A stretch of DNA of 64,000 bases from Mobula hypostoma (lineage: Eukaryota). Below the pieces are notes generated by a model. It had not been told where the DNA came from. It saw only the letters and a program-made list of their open reading frames with translations, and ran no database searches. The stretch spans positions 149,854,001 through 149,918,000 of the forward strand of contig NC_086097.1 of assembly GCF_963921235.1 (NCBI RefSeq), given 5' to 3'. Positions 13,253 through 25,275 of this stretch are shown in pieces (within the stretch, counting starts at the first letter, position 1; each line of letters opens with the position of its first letter). Both the position numbers and the translations under genes were made by a program.

Positions 13253-16200
13253 GGATTACTGCCTATGCCACGCGACAGTGAGAGTAGGAATGCGATGAGG
13301 TGGAGGATAAATGCGTGGTTGAGGGATTGGAGCAGGGGGCAGGGATTCCAGTTTTTGGATCATTGGGACCTCTTTTGGCGCAGGCATGACCTGTACAAAA
13401 AGGACGGGTTACACTTGAATCCTAGGGGGACCAATATCCTGGCAGGGAGATTAGCGAGGGCTACTGAGGTGACTTTAAACTAGAATGGTTGGGGGGTGGG
13501 AATCAAATTAAAAAGGCTAGGTGAGAGGAGGTTAGTTCACAACAGGGGGATGGGAACCAGTGCAGAGAGACAGAGGGGTGTAAAGTGAGGGTAGAAGCAA
13601 AAAGTAGTAAGGAGAAAAGTAAAAGTGGTAGGCCAACAAATCCAGGGCAAGCATCGAAAAGGGCCACTTTTCAACATAATTGTATAAGGGCTAAGAGAGT
13701 TCTAAAAGAGCGCCTGAAGGCTTTGTGTGTCAATGCAAGGAACATTCATAACAAGGTGGATGAATTGAAAGTGCAGATTGTTATTAATGATTACGCTATA
13801 GTTGGGATCACAGAGACATGGCTCCAGGGTGACGAAGGATGGGAGCTCAACGTTCAGGGATATTCAATATTCAGGAGCGATAGACATGAAGGAAGGAGAG
13901 GTGGGGTGGCGTTGCTGGTTAAAGAAGAGATTAACGCAATAGAAAGGAAGGACATAAGCCGGGAAGATGTGGAATCGATATGGGTAGAGCTGCATAACAC
14001 TAAGGGGCAGAAAATGCTGGTGGGAGTTGTGTACAGGCCACCTAACAGTAGTAGTGAGGTCGGAGATGGTAATAAACAGGAAATTAGAAATGTGTGCAAT
14101 AAAGGAACAGCAGTTATAATGGGTGACTTCAATCTACATGTAGATTGGGTGAACCAAATTGGTAAAGGTGCTGAGGAAGAGGATTTCTTGGAATGTATGC
14201 GGGATGGTTTTTTGAACCAACATGTCGAGGAACCAACTAGAGAGCAGGCTATTCTGGACTGGGTTTTGAGCAATGAGGAAGGGTTAATTAGCAATCTTGT
14301 CGTGAGAGGCCCCTTGGGTAAGAGTGACCATAATATGGTGGAATTCTTCATTAAGATGGAGAGTGACATAGTTAATTCAGAAACAAAGGTTCTGAACTTA
14401 AAGAGGGGTAACTTTGAAGGTATGAGATGTGAATTAGCTAAGATAGACTGGCAAATGACACTTAAAGGATTGACAGTGGATATGCAATGACAAGCATTTA
14501 AAGATTGCATGGATGAACTACAACTGTTCATCCCAGTTTGGCAAAAGAATGAATCAAGGAAGGTAGTGCACCCGTGGCTGACAAGAGAAATTAGGGATAG
14601 TATCAATTCCAAAGAAGCAGCATACAGATTAGCCAGAAAAAGTGGCTCACCTGAGGACTGGGAGAAATTCAGAGTTCAGCAGAGGAGGACAAAGGGCTTA
14701 ATTAGGAAGGGGAAAAAAGATTATGAGAGAAAACTGGCAGGGAACATAAAAACTGACTGTAAAAGCTTTTATAGATATGTAAAAAGGAAAAGACTGGTAA
14801 AGACAAATGTAGGTCCCCTACAGACAGAAACAGGTGAATTGATTGTGGGGAGCAAGGACATGGCAGACCAATTGAATAATTACTTTGGTTCTGTCTTCAC
14901 TAAGGAGGACATAAATAATTTTCCAGAAATAGTAGGGGACAGAGGGTCCAGTGAGATGGAGGAACTGAGCGAAATACATGTTCGTTGGGAAGTGGTGTTA
15001 GGTAAATTGAAGGGATTAAAGGCAGATAAATCCCCAGGGACAGATGGTCTCCATCCCAGAGTGCTTAAGGAAGTAGCCCAAGAAACAGTGGATGCATTAG
15101 TGATAATTTTTCAAAACTCGTTAGATTCTGGACTAGTTCCTGAGGATTGGAGGGTGGCTAATGTAACCCCACTTTTTAAGAAAGGAGGGAGAGAGAAACT
15201 GGGGAATTATAGACCGGTTAGCCTAACATCAGTGGTGGGGAAACTGCTGGGGTCAGTTATCAAAGATGTGATAACAGCACATTTGGAAAGCGGTGAAATG
15301 ATCGGACAAAGTCAGCATGGATTTGTGAAAGGAAAATCATGTCTGACGAATCTCATAGAATTTTTTGAGGATGTAACTAGTAGAGTGGATAGGAGAGAAC
15401 CAGTTGATGTGGTATATTTGGATTTTCAAAAGGCTTTTGACAAGATCCCACACAGGAGATTAGTGTGCAAACTTAAAGCACACGGTATTGGGGGTAAGGT
15501 ATTGATGTGGATAGAGAATTGGTTAGCAGACAGGAAGCAAAGAGTGGGAATAAGCCGGACCTTTTCAGAATGGCAGGCAGTGACTAGTGGGGTACCGCAA
15601 GGCTCAGTGCTGGGACCCAGTTGTTTACAATATATATTAATGACTTGGATGAGGGAATTAAATGCAGCATCTCCAAGTTTGCGGATCACACGAAGCTGGG
15701 CGGCAGTGTTAGCTGTGAGGAGGATGCAGAATGACTTGGATAGGTTGGGTGAGTGGGCAAATTCATGGCAGATGCAACTTAATGTGGATAAATGTGAAGT
15801 TATCCACTTTGGTGGCAAAAATAGGAAAACAGATTATTATCTGAATGGTGGCCGATTAGGAAAAGGGGAGGTGCAACAAGACCTGGGTGTTATTATACAC
15901 CAGTCATTGAAAGTGGGCATGCAGGTACAGCAGGCGGTGAAAAAGGCAAATGGTATGCTGGCATTTATAAGCGAGAGGATTCGAGTACAGGAGCAGGGAG
16001 GTACTACTGCAGTTGTACAAGGCCTTGGTGAGACCACACCTGGAGTATTGTGTGCAGTTTTGGTCCCCTAATCTGAGGAAAGACATCCTTGCCATAGAGG
16101 GAGTACAAAGAAGGTTCACCAGATTGATTCCTGGGATGGCAGGACTTTCATATGAAGAAAGACTGGATGAACTAGGCTTGTACTCCTTGGAATTTAGAAG

Positions 16201-16592
16201 ATTGACGGGGGATCTGATTGAAACGTATAAAATCCTAAAGAGATTGGACAGGCTAGATGCAGGAAGATTGTTCCCGATGTTGGCGAAGTCCAGAATGAGG
16301 GGTCACAGTTTGAGGATAAAGGGGAAGCCTTTTAGGACTGAGATTAGGAAAAACTTCTTCACACAAGAGTGGTGAATCTGTGGAATTCTCTGCCACAGGA
16401 AACAGTTGAGGCCAGTTCATTGGCTATATTTAAGAGGGAGTTAGATATGGCCCTTATGGCTACGGGGATCAGGGGGTATGGAGGGAAGGCTGGTGCAGGG
16501 TTCTGAGTTGGATGATCAGCCATGATCATAATAAATGGCGGTGCAGGCTCAAAGGGCCGAATGGCCTACTCCTGCACCTATTTTCTATGTTT
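13253..16592 (+). mobile_element. 5'-truncated CR1 LINE: ORF1 esterase C-terminus plus near-complete, inactivated ORF2 (APE + RT)
   Basis: ORF1 13265-13483 has the SGNH block V motif (DGLHLN). ORF2 APE motifs VGITETWL, VYRPP, GDFN, SDH; RT motifs NYRPVSLTS, YLDFQKAFD, SGVPQGSVLGP. Lesions: TGA at 14488, frameshift near 15617, FADD changed to FADH. Tail (tttctatg)n. ctatctcc is duplicated at 13245-13252 and 16593-16600. Confidence 0.95.
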
Positions 16593-16739
16593 CTATCTCC
16601 CTCTAAAGCTTTCATAACTATGTACCTACCTGATTGTACCCACCTCTACCACTTCCTCTGGAAGCACCTCCCATGTACCCACCACCCTCTGCATTAAAAA
16701 TCTGTCCCTCAAGTACCCTTTAACACTATCACAGGGTGA

Positions 16740-16970
16740 AGTAGCAACACCTTGTATTCAACCTGATAGCATGAATATTGATTTCTCCTTCCAGTTAAAA
16801 AAAACTCCCACCCATTTCCCTCTTTCCATGCCCCACTCTGACCTCTTAACTTCTCACCTGCCTATCACTTCCCCCAGTACCCCTCCTCCTATGGTCCACT
16901 CTCCTCTCGTATCAGGTTCATTTATCTCTAGCCCTTTAACTTTCTACCTCATCTGGCTTCACCTATTAGT
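16740..16970 (+). mobile_element. Penelope-like 3' fragment
   Basis: caacaccttgtattc..caacctgatagcatgaatattgatttctc matches 41765-41825, followed by a pyrimidine-rich tract. Confidence 0.6.
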
Positions 16971-17179
16971 TTTTAGCTATCCTCAAGGTATCTTGAGGTA
17001 TTTATTTTACCATATGTGCCACCTCAACTTGATCAAGCTCCTTTGGTACCTTCCAAATTTTGGTGAGACTGCCCACCAATTCATATTTTTCTTCTAGTAT
17101 AATCAGAATCAACTTTACATCACTTCAATAACTGTAGGAGCCTGGAGTAGATAGTAACAGTATTCTTAAACTACGCTTG

Positions 17180-19612
17180 GATTTATTTCCATGTGTACTG
17201 ACTAATGTTGATGTTAGCAGGGTCCCTAACTTAAACTAAAATCTTATGCAGAATGTGTACTCCAGACAACTTGAATTCAATAAAGTGTATAGCATTCATA
17301 GTGGACATTTATTTTAAGTCATTTTTCACCATTTCCTTCAAACAGATAATGTAGAAATCCTGATATCTTGCTGATTAGTTGTCACTTAAAACCCAATTGA
17401 GCTCAGTCAGAGTTATGATTTCATCAACCCCTGATATGTTGAAGCTTGCTTTTCACAATCCAATCTGAATGCTTTATTCCAAAGTCATCAACAAACACTA
17501 TAAATCATTTCTGGATTACTCAAATTCTATTTATAACTCAGAATACAGCAAAGAATATTAGAATTTAAAAGTCATAGAAAATAAATTTTACAGTTTCAAG
17601 AATTTAATTTCAAAATAAATACAAATGTGCAAGTCATTGTTAGCTTAACTATTCAAAATCATTCCAGGCTCCCCTTTGCAAGATCGAAAAGGATCACAAT
17701 CTTTAAAGCCAAAATCTGTTCATAAATTGTATATATAGATAGTGACCCAAAAAAAGCTAGAAAACCATTTTAAATTCAATTTCGATAGCAAATGCAGCTT
17801 TAGGAAGAGCATTTCCTATCCCTGATAAGGAAGCAAATAGAGGTGAAAGGATACCATACTTGCCATCCAATGTCCCAAAATTTCAGCAGTTAATACCCAA
17901 TTTAAAGACTGAACAATAACATTGTTAAATATGATGAGACCCATCTTACAGCTAAAAGTGAAATGCCAAAACCAATGAATAATTGTAATTTACCTTTGAT
18001 ATCACTATACTTTCAAAATTAACATTCTGTAGCACTTATTCCCTTCTCTCCCCCCACCCCCGCCCCAACCAAAGAGTTTCACCACTTTGGTACACTGCTG
18101 TTGGAATTCTGTAATACTACTTTCTAGCTAAGCTTGCTGTTAGAAACAAACATACTATGCAGAATTCTATGAATAGAACGAACGACCTTCCTCAACGCAA
18201 GTGTTTAAACAGGCCTCTAGTGTGTTCTTTTTAGGACACAAGTAGCCACACTAGGATGACATTCTAGGATACAACTTAGACAACATAAAATGGTAAAATT
18301 TAGTTGAACAGCAGTAGTACAGGAAAAAGCATGCATTTAAAGAACATACACATCTAATTAATCAACTATTGAGTCTAGTGTTTAAATGACAATTTCACAC
18401 CTTTATATTGTTTCTTCTACTCTTACTTTCAACTTTCACATTGATGGACACAATGAAAATCAAGAAGCTTTTGTGTGGACAAAATATCCATAGATTGCCA
18501 ATGTTGGATCCCTAAAACATAAATAAAATGGAAGTCTAAAAATAACACAGGTCACATCATTGAAGAGGAATATTATCACAATTAAATGTTAGCCATTTTG
18601 TTCAGAATTTTTAATACAAATTTAGGCATGAAATTTTACAGCATGTTAAGTAAGCCTTTTGGCTAATAAGCTTCATGTAATATGCACAACCTGCTGTGCT
18701 TAGAAAACAGGATCATAGGTAGCAGGGGAAAGCATAATACATTTCTGGGCAAATAAATGCAAGTATGGCTTAACATTTTCAGATTATATCATTTATCTTG
18801 GCATTCCTATTTGTCCACAGATTTTAGGATACTGTAAACTGATACATGCTCAGAAAAAAATTCCAGTTGAAGAAAAACCTTGGAATATGAAAATATACAC
18901 CATATTACTGAGCACCCAATCAGAATTCATATTTTGGCTGCAACTTTTAGAACTCAAAGCATCAAAAATTTACTAGAAATCACAATATCATTCAAAAGGA
19001 TTCTTGCAAGGAAATCCAAAAGTACAAAGTTACTGTAATACAAACTCTTTAGAATAATCTGAAACTATGAAGTAATATTCTAAGCACAACTTCAAAAAAA
19101 AAAATCAAAATTTTACTTGCCTAGTTACAAATATAAGCAGACTAAAGGTAAGTTTGCACCAGGAAGTAACAGCAGCATCAAAAAAGCAATGTTTATACTT
19201 AGGGCTTAAAAAGCAACAGCACATCAAAGTGGAAAGTCAACAGACAATTAACGTTTTACAAAAAGTTACAGCACCTAAGATTTAACATTTCTTAATTAAG
19301 AAATTAATTGAACTATATACACATCTGAACATTTAACTTCTTCACATGACATGAGACTAATGGGCATGTTTGGAGAATAGTTACCCAGAATGCATTGCTT
19401 CCAAAGAAAGTTTGATTTTGTTATATCATGCAATTTTGGAACCCTGGTATTCAAATACAGCACCAATTGAAATGTCCCAAACAGGAAAGTATGCACAAAG
19501 GTTTTAATTTCTACATTTTTCCACATGCCCTCTACAACGTGCCCATTGAATGCATTGAGGGTAACTTTATAACACATTTGATTTTTTTTTTAGGGTGGTA
19601 GTGAGAAAGGCT
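17180..19612 (-). other. NDRG1: Probable NDRG1 3' UTR
   Basis: About 2.4 kb, AT-rich, no recognisable TE, downstream of the stop. Minus-strand AATAAA at 17473-17478, 17308-17313 and 17182-17187. Confidence 0.5.
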
Positions 19613-19839
19613 TCAACATGAAATCTCTGTCGACTGAGGGCCAGAGTGTTCAACACTTCCCACATTTGCATTTGGGTTGGCATTAGCATTTGTGTTCTGG
19701 TGCAGTCCACTTGTGGGATGAGTATAAAACTTCGCAGCCTCGCCAGTGTGAGTTCGGCTTCTGTTACCCTCTGTGGATGCTACACTGGATCCTGATGCTG
19801 AACGGGATCTCATTAGTCGGGTCATGCTGGCTGCAGGCA
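19613..19839 (-). CDS. NDRG1: NDRG1 last coding exon
   Basis: (M)PAASMTRLMRSRSASGSSVASTEGNRSRTHTGE...SGPQSTEISC*; ttcatag acceptor; TGA at 19613-19615. Confidence 0.95.
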
Positions 19840-19931
19840 CTATGAATTGGCGATAGTAAAGAAACAGCATTAGGTATATGACAGTACAGCCCTGTTGTAC
19901 CACACGGAAAAGGCATATTCATTCTACTTAC

Positions 19932-19983
19932 TATAGCCCATTCCTTGCACAAAATACTTCAGAGCTTCCGTAAGTTTTGCTGG
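19932..19983 (-). CDS. NDRG1: NDRG1 exon 15 (52 nt)
   Basis: PAKLTEALKYFVQGMGY; AG/GT flanks. Confidence 0.96.
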
Positions 19984-20236
19984 CTGTGAGAGAGTAAATT
20001 ATGTATTTAAAAAATAATCCATCATGATCATGGACTGAATATTTCCATAACGCTGCCAAGTTTAACTTCCGGGGACGGGGTGCAAGTCGGAATACTTCAG
20101 CACCAAGGACATGTTTCTAGAAATAACAGTACTAACAAAATGAATGCATATGGATCATTATATGCCAAAAACCTGACATGAATCATTGGCTTCCCTTCTA
20201 TTGCACACAGCTATGCCGGGGTCCTATTTGAGTGCA

Positions 20237-20317
20237 CAGCTGTGCAAGGCACTTTCCTGTAGCAAAAAAGCTGTGATGACGTTTTCTTTGCTACAGAAAA
20301 GTGCCAGTACCAAGCTG
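20237..20317 (-). ncRNA. Candidate pre-miRNA-like hairpin in NDRG1 intron 14
   Basis: 22 contiguous pairs (two G.U) with a 14-nt loop at 20248-20305 on the minus strand, plus an imperfect basal stem. Confidence 0.35.
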
Positions 20318-20554
20318 AGTAGAGCGGAACAAAACACCGAGGCAAGGTACAGAGACTGTATCAAGATTAAATAGGTTGGTGTTTACAGTGCTACCGCTCA
20401 ATGAGGAGATGCAGGGCTCAGTGTGCATCTTGAACGCAGTGAGAGCGGACCATTGCTCAGGAAGCAACGTGTTGACAAATTGAACCAAGTCCTTCTATTA
20501 GCTCCTGTTCGACACATTGGGAATCTCATACAAGAAAGGATGTACTAGCATTTT

Positions 20555-21065
20555 TAAGGTTACAGAAGAGGATCACGAGAATAATCCTTTAATGAAAGGG
20601 TTAATGTATGAGGGGCATTTAATGGCTCCGGGCCTGTACTTGCTGGAGTTTGGAAGAATGATGGGTGGTGGGGGGGGGGGGGGTTAAAAAAAATCACATC
20701 AAAACTACTGAATATTGAAAGGCCTAGACAGAGTAGAAATGGAGAGGATGTTTCCAATGGTGAAAGAGTCTAGAACAAGGCAGCACAGCCTCAGAATGGA
20801 ACTATGTCAGTTTAAAACAGAAATTGAGGAATTTCTTAAGCCAGAGGATGGTGAATCTGTGGCATTCATTTCCAAGGGCAGTTGTTGAGGCCAAGTCATT
20901 CAGTACATTTAGTGGAGATTGATAGGATCCTGATTAGTAAGAGCGTCAAAAGGTACAGGAAGGAACAGGAAAATGGTGTTGAGAGGGAAAATAAATCAGC
21001 TATGACTGAATGGCAGAGCAGACCTGGAGGGGCCAAATGGCCTAATTTTGCTCCTATGTCTTATG
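20555..21065 (+). mobile_element. CR1 3' fragment
   Basis: Similar to 16150-16590 (gtgaatctgtgg...gggccaaatggcctaatt..ctcctatgtcttatg). Confidence 0.8.
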
Positions 21066-21813
21066 CTGTCTCTCCCTTCTCGATGGTAAAAATTTCAATG
21101 ATGGCCACTGCCCCACAAATTGCAGCCCAAGTCCTTAATCTCAGCAGCACCAGTCACCTCAAGTTACCCAATACAACCAGTCCTCAAGAAATAGTTCTGT
21201 AGAATTTAAGTGAACCACTAAGGAATCAAACCATGTGGCAATGAGGGCATCATTTAATTACTGCAGGAGCATGAAAGAGCAGGGGTCCAAGCTGGGTTCC
21301 CAGCATATTCATGCACTACTAAAGCAGATACCTTTTTAAAATATGAGGGGTATATATCTCCATCTAAATGCTCAAATTCCAGGACTAAAAATACTGTAAT
21401 AAATCAACACTCTGCATGGTTGTGCTAAGTAAGAGTACTGATGCACTTGCAACTATCCAAATTCCTCCCTCAGAGAAAACAGGGATGTAAATCCATAATG
21501 AGTGCAACCCTATGAAGGGGGCAAAGCAGCAAAATGTTTGTAATCCAGGCATCAAAGGTTACGAGGAGGAGGCCAGGAACTGGGGTTGAGGAGAAGATTA
21601 AAAAAGAAGCCAATTAGAGATGTGGCTGTAAAGTGAGCTGCCATATGGATTTTCTGACTGCTATCCTGCAACAGCTAGCAGATCCATTCCACCAGACTCA
21701 AACACTTATTCCTATGTTTAGGCTGTACACCAGTTGAGAGTTTGTAAGCTGAGAGAACAGATATTAGAGCAATTATGGGTAAACAGTTATTTTACAGAGA
21801 ATTGCAAACATAC

Positions 21814-21849
21814 CTGAACAATTTGTGGCAGTCCTCCACAATCAGACAT
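21814..21849 (-). CDS. NDRG1: NDRG1 exon 14 (36 nt)
   Basis: MSDCGGLPQIVQ; AG/GT flanks. Confidence 0.95.
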
Positions 21850-22594
21850 CTATTTTAAATAAAGAAGATAGTTAAGTCAAAATGGCACACTAAAATTAAT
21901 GGCCTATATAGCTCAATTAGGTTATATTATCACTGGATTATGACATGAGCTGGATTTGTCAGTGAAAATCTGTACATTTGCTTAATTTGCCAGTCCTGGA
22001 AAATCCTATAATCTGATAATATTTTGCTGGAAACAGTCATTCATTTTTATATTCAAAACAATTCCACTTGGAGGATTGACTTTTGAGAATCACTATCAAG
22101 CCTGAAAGAACGATTTGAATGAGATCCCACATTATTATTGAATTCAATAGTCTGCAGGACTAGTTTCTTCTCTCCCTACTTTTACTAATTGTTCTCATTG
22201 GTCTTCATGAATGGCCTCAGAAGTACACAAGTATGGTTACTAGACAAGTACATTTGCGTGATTTTTGTGTATTTTCTGACCTGTGGGAAAAAAATAAATC
22301 AACTTAAGGACATCTGTGTAAATGGAATGCTTTCATTACCCGAAGACAGCCTGTACTATCTTGTTCACCTGGAAGACTAAAACTAACAGATATAATTTTG
22401 AAATAAGCTCAAGATTTCTATATTAAAGACAGCACTAGCATCAGAACTTCTCTTTAAAGGAATAGGTTTTGTGCACTTTGGTTCAAATAGATATGACAAT
22501 GGCTTTCTGTAAACTTAAGTTTTGCATTAAGGAAAGCTTCCCTTAGTTCAAACTATTTGTCTAAATGCACTACTTTTTGTGTAAAAAGTGTTAC

Positions 22595-22642
22595 CTTTAG
22601 CAGAGTAGTTTTTGTTGGATCAAGCTTAGTATTACAGTCAAC
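22595..22642 (-). CDS. NDRG1: NDRG1 exon 13 (48 nt)
   Basis: VDCNTKLDPTKTTLLK; AG/GT flanks. Confidence 0.96.
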
Positions 22643-22899
22643 CTGAAAACAAAGCATTTCTGCATTTAGCACTTATAAAACGAACAGCATTACAAACATG
22701 CAGGAACGGGTGCTTGATATTTAAAAAGGGAAGATATTTAAAAGTATTTTGTCCAATCTCAAGAGATGAAAATAACAGCACTGAAAAATGAACACAAAGA
22801 GGGATTACACTATTTTGCTAAGTAGGATTTATAAAGAGGGGCCCAGGTAAAATGAAGTCAGTCTTCAACCTCTGGGTTAAAGCTACAAGAATAGATTGG

Positions 22900-24060
22900 G
22901 GAAGGAAAAAAAATTAAAGTGACGTGAAGGGCAACTTCTGCCACAAAGATGGTGATAGGTATATGCAGCAAACCCCCAGAGGAAGAGGTAGAGACAGATA
23001 GAACACATTTAAAAGACTACTAGACAAGTGGCATGGAATTCAAAGTTTAGAAGGATTATAAGCAGAACAGATACAAATGGACAAGCCCAGATAGGCAACT
23101 TGGTCAACATGGACAAGTTTAGTCAAAGAACCCATTCTTGTGGAAAACAACTGACTCTTGAGCATGCAGATGTCTCTTTACCCGACTGTATTCACAAACA
23201 CATTCCTAATTGGGATCTCCTTGGCCCATTGGACAATTGAAATAAACAACCCAGAGATTTGGGGGGGGGGGGGTGTTTAGAAAGGGGAAAATACAAGTTG
23301 CAGGATATATATTCCTAAAGTAACGAAGATAGAAATTTCTGAAATTGTTTTCTGAAACATTTCAGAATATAACAGTGAATGCTATCCTGACTCAAGCCAC
23401 TCACTCACTAGATCAAATATTTTAGTGAGTGCCAATACAGCATTGGGTCAAATCTACCTCCCTCCATGGGAGACGTTCTTGGCCTCTATAGATTAAGTGA
23501 ACAAAATTACTTTCACTGTGTTTGGTGAACCAACGTTTGTTAATTTAAAGCATGGCTCAAGACACTACTGGTAGAGAGGAAAAAATCCTGCATGCCTCCA
23601 GCTCTTTAAAATTGCAAGTGTATTTTTTATACATTCTCTTACAAGATATTTAAGAAGGAATATGATCGTTCCCTGATTGGTTAGGGCATCAAAGGATATG
23701 GCGAGAAGGCAGGCATATGGGGTTGAGTGGAATCTAGGATCAGCCATGATGGAATGGCAGAGTAGACTCAGTGGGCTGAACAGCCCAATTCTGCTCTGAT
23801 GTCTTATGGTCTTATATTGGGTGTCTAACTGGCCCGTTGAGTCTCTGTCAGCTTCACAATCTATCAGTCTCAAGAGCAATTTCAGTTCCCCATTACCCAC
23901 TAACTCCAGATTCTTTAAGCAAATGGATATGATAGAAAACCAAAATATTCAGGGGAAACCCACACAGTCCGAGGGAGAATGCATAAAACCACACAAAGTT
24001 CAGGATCTATCCTGGGGTTCTGGAACAATAGAATAGTAACAGCTAAGTGCTGCACCACTA
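22900..24060. mobile_element. Two CR1 3' fragments (+; about 22900-23150 and 23640-23815) and a V-SINE fragment (-; about 23920-24060)
   Basis: CR1 tail tcttatggtcttat; ggaaacccacacagtc is a V-domain remnant. Confidence 0.6.
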
Positions 24061-24303
24061 AACCTATTCATTATATGGCCACAGAATTCCAGTTTCCCAA
24101 GCATGAATTTTAATATAATGTACATTTCAACAATCATTTTAATATCCAAGAATACCACAATATTTAAATGATCTGATGAGTAAGTTAATAAGACCACTTA
24201 AAGTGGTTCTCAATTCTGAATAGTCCCTTAAATATAACTTGAATGAAATATGAACGTACTCCATTTTGTTTCTTAATTAAATACATGCAGAATATAAACA
24301 TAC

Positions 24304-24355
24304 CACAGCATCTACTGCAGGTGAACTGTCGCCAACCACCAATAATGTGGGACAT
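24304..24355 (-). CDS. NDRG1: NDRG1 exon 12 (52 nt)
   Basis: CPTLLVVGDSSPAVDAV; AG/GT flanks. Confidence 0.96.
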
Positions 24356-24571
24356 CTACAAGATAAATTGTTAATTATTTCATTGAGACCAATAAATGCC
24401 AAGATCATCATTTCAGTATTACTTATGTCTTAAAGAATACTAACAAAAATTCTGATTAAACTCTAAAATTTGTGTCCTGAAATTTAACTGCACATTACTG
24501 ATTTCCTCACACTGCTTCACCAATCCCCAAACAGACCAAAACATAACTGCAATATTTTTTCAGTGCTGATA

Positions 24572-24697
24572 TGCCAAAAGACTGCAGGTGCTAAAATCTG
24601 GAGAAATAAACAATGTTCTGGAGGAACTCAGCCTGACATGCAGAATCTGTGGGAGGAAAGAAACTGTCGGCATTTCAGGTTGAAACCCTGCATCATG
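24572..24697 (-). repeat. Decayed Penelope-derived short element with a hammerhead remnant
   Basis: Minus strand reads caTGATGCagggtttcaacctGAAAtgccgacag...tgagttcctccag. Confidence 0.6.
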
Positions 24698-24759
24698 GTG
24701 ATGGCAAATTTTCTCACTGTTATTCTTATCTTAATGGAGAAAACACAGGCCACAATTCA

Positions 24760-25275
24760 CGCAACACAAAAAATGCTGGTGAACGCAGCAGGCCAGGCAG
24801 CAACTATAGGAAGAGGTACAGTCAACATTTTGGGCCGAGACCCTTCGTCAGGACTAACTGAAAGAAGAGACAGTAAGAGATTTGAAAGTGGGAGGGGGAG
24901 GGGAAATCCGAAATGACAGGAGGGGGAGGGATGGAGCTAAGAGCTGGAAAGTTGATTGGCAAAAAGGATACGAGGCTGGAGAAGGGAGAGGATGATGGGA
25001 CGGGAGGCCTAGGGAGAAAGGGGGAGGGGGGAAGCCCAGAGGATGGGCAGGGAGTGAAAGGGACAGAGGGAGAAAAAGAATGTGTGTATATAAATAAATA
25101 AGGGTTGGGATATGAAGGGGAGGTGGGGTATTAACAGAAGTTCGAGAAGTCAATGTTCATGCCGTCAGGTTGGAGGCTACCCAGACGGAATACAAGGTGT
25201 TGTTCCTCCAACCTGAGTGTGGCTTCATCTTGACAGTAGAGGAGGCTGTGGATAGACATATCAGAATGGGAATGA
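24760..25275 (-). mobile_element. Penelope-like element 3' part with a CpG-decayed hammerhead (24819-24856)
   Basis: Closely similar to 40696-41230. Core CTGACGA is intact, but GAAA has become AAAA and CGTC has become TGTT. Confidence 0.88.

Noticed and set aside
13854-14612. 252-aa minus-strand ORF (also 29762-30574, 31421-31993 and 42671-43237)
   Set aside because: Antisense shadows of CR1 coding sequence with no independent protein features.
19840-19903. ORF-track extension of the last NDRG1 exon, or an alternative acceptor at acaacag
   Set aside because: Intronic. That acceptor would leave a 40-nt intron and shift the frame.
20273-20318. Box C (GTGATGA) and box D (CTGA), suggesting a C/D snoRNA
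   Set aside because: Only about 46 nt and antisense to the host gene.
23402-23431. Short hairpins (also about 28525-28547 and 54094-54116)
   Set aside because: 8-9 bp stems are expected by chance in 64 kb of AT-rich DNA.
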